DNA of 64,000 bases from Flavobacteriales bacterium (GTDB lineage Bacteria > Bacteroidota > Bacteroidia > Flavobacteriales > Flavobacteriaceae). The notes below the pieces were generated by a model. It was not told the DNA's origin. It ran no database searches and saw only the letters and a list, made by a program, of their open reading frames with translations. Below, one piece after another: positions 63,931-64,000 of this stretch (position 1 is its first letter; the number at the start of each line of letters is the position of its first letter). Location of the stretch: positions 3,086 through 67,085 of the forward strand of contig JALWLE010000141.1 of NCBI GenBank assembly GCA_026996605.1. The letters are read 5' to 3'. Made by a program: the position numbers and the translations under genes.

Positions 63931-64000
63931 CAATAAAACCGGTCACTACGATACAATTTTGTTAGTTACCTCACAAAACACTCAGTGACCTTTCATCAAT
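63931..64000. repeat. ~75-bp repeat, right copy (inverted relative to 49057-49130), truncated by the window end
   Basis: caataaaaccggtcactacgatacaattttgttagttacctcacaaaacactcagtgacctttcatcaat. Confidence 0.75.

Overview
Low-GC, Bacteroidota (Flavobacteriia-like) chromosomal segment. Supporting signs are T9SS type-A and type-B C-terminal sorting domains, a PorP/SprF gene, no Shine-Dalgarno-like leaders, and TAnnTTTG-type promoter boxes. It carries dnaA and ordinary housekeeping genes (miaA, pdxJ, rsmB-like, aat, tRNA-Val). Three blocks stand out.

(1) 2-9965: a T9SS cargo neighbourhood, with a type-B CTD adhesin fragment, PorP/SprF, an OmpA-like protein, a large beta-solenoid surface protein and a secreted endonuclease I.

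(2) 17435-30964: a 13-gene, same-strand cluster whose gene order matches the archaeal MBX/MBS membrane complex: MrpE-F-G, MbhD-like, MrpB, MrpC, two MrpD/NuoL-like pumps, then NuoH-, NuoB-, NuoC-, NuoD- and NuoI-like subunits. The NuoD-like subunit lacks a complete Ni-Fe Cys signature. The NuoI-like ferredoxin is fused to a GltD/SudA-like NAD(P)H-FAD oxidoreductase. I rate this the most likely undescribed system in the window: an NAD(P)H-linked, ion-translocating, complex-I-like machine. Ten of its twelve gene junctions (about 2.2 kb in total) are filled with a co-linear mosaic of repeats: 24 GTAG-footed palindromic (REP/BIME-like) hairpins, a second hairpin repeat family, heptamer microsatellites and CA-rich AAATAACC tracts that abut start codons. 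One junction additionally holds a four-helix-bundle (23S-rRNA-IVS-type) gene flanked by inverted tracts.

(3) 48181-63870: a putative Ni permease plus a group-1 membrane-bound [NiFe] uptake hydrogenase (hyaABC, hyaD) with hypA, B, D, E, F and hypX. The small subunit carries both supernumerary cysteines typical of O2-tolerant enzymes. No hypC is visible. An uncharacterised 99-aa ORF is translationally coupled inside the operon.

Other repeats include two direct copies of a ~340-bp MITE-like element flanking a 6.9-kb six-gene segment, and inverted ~75-bp repeats bracketing the hydrogenase block. All coordinates and motifs were read by eye from the sequence and the ORF track. No database search was run.
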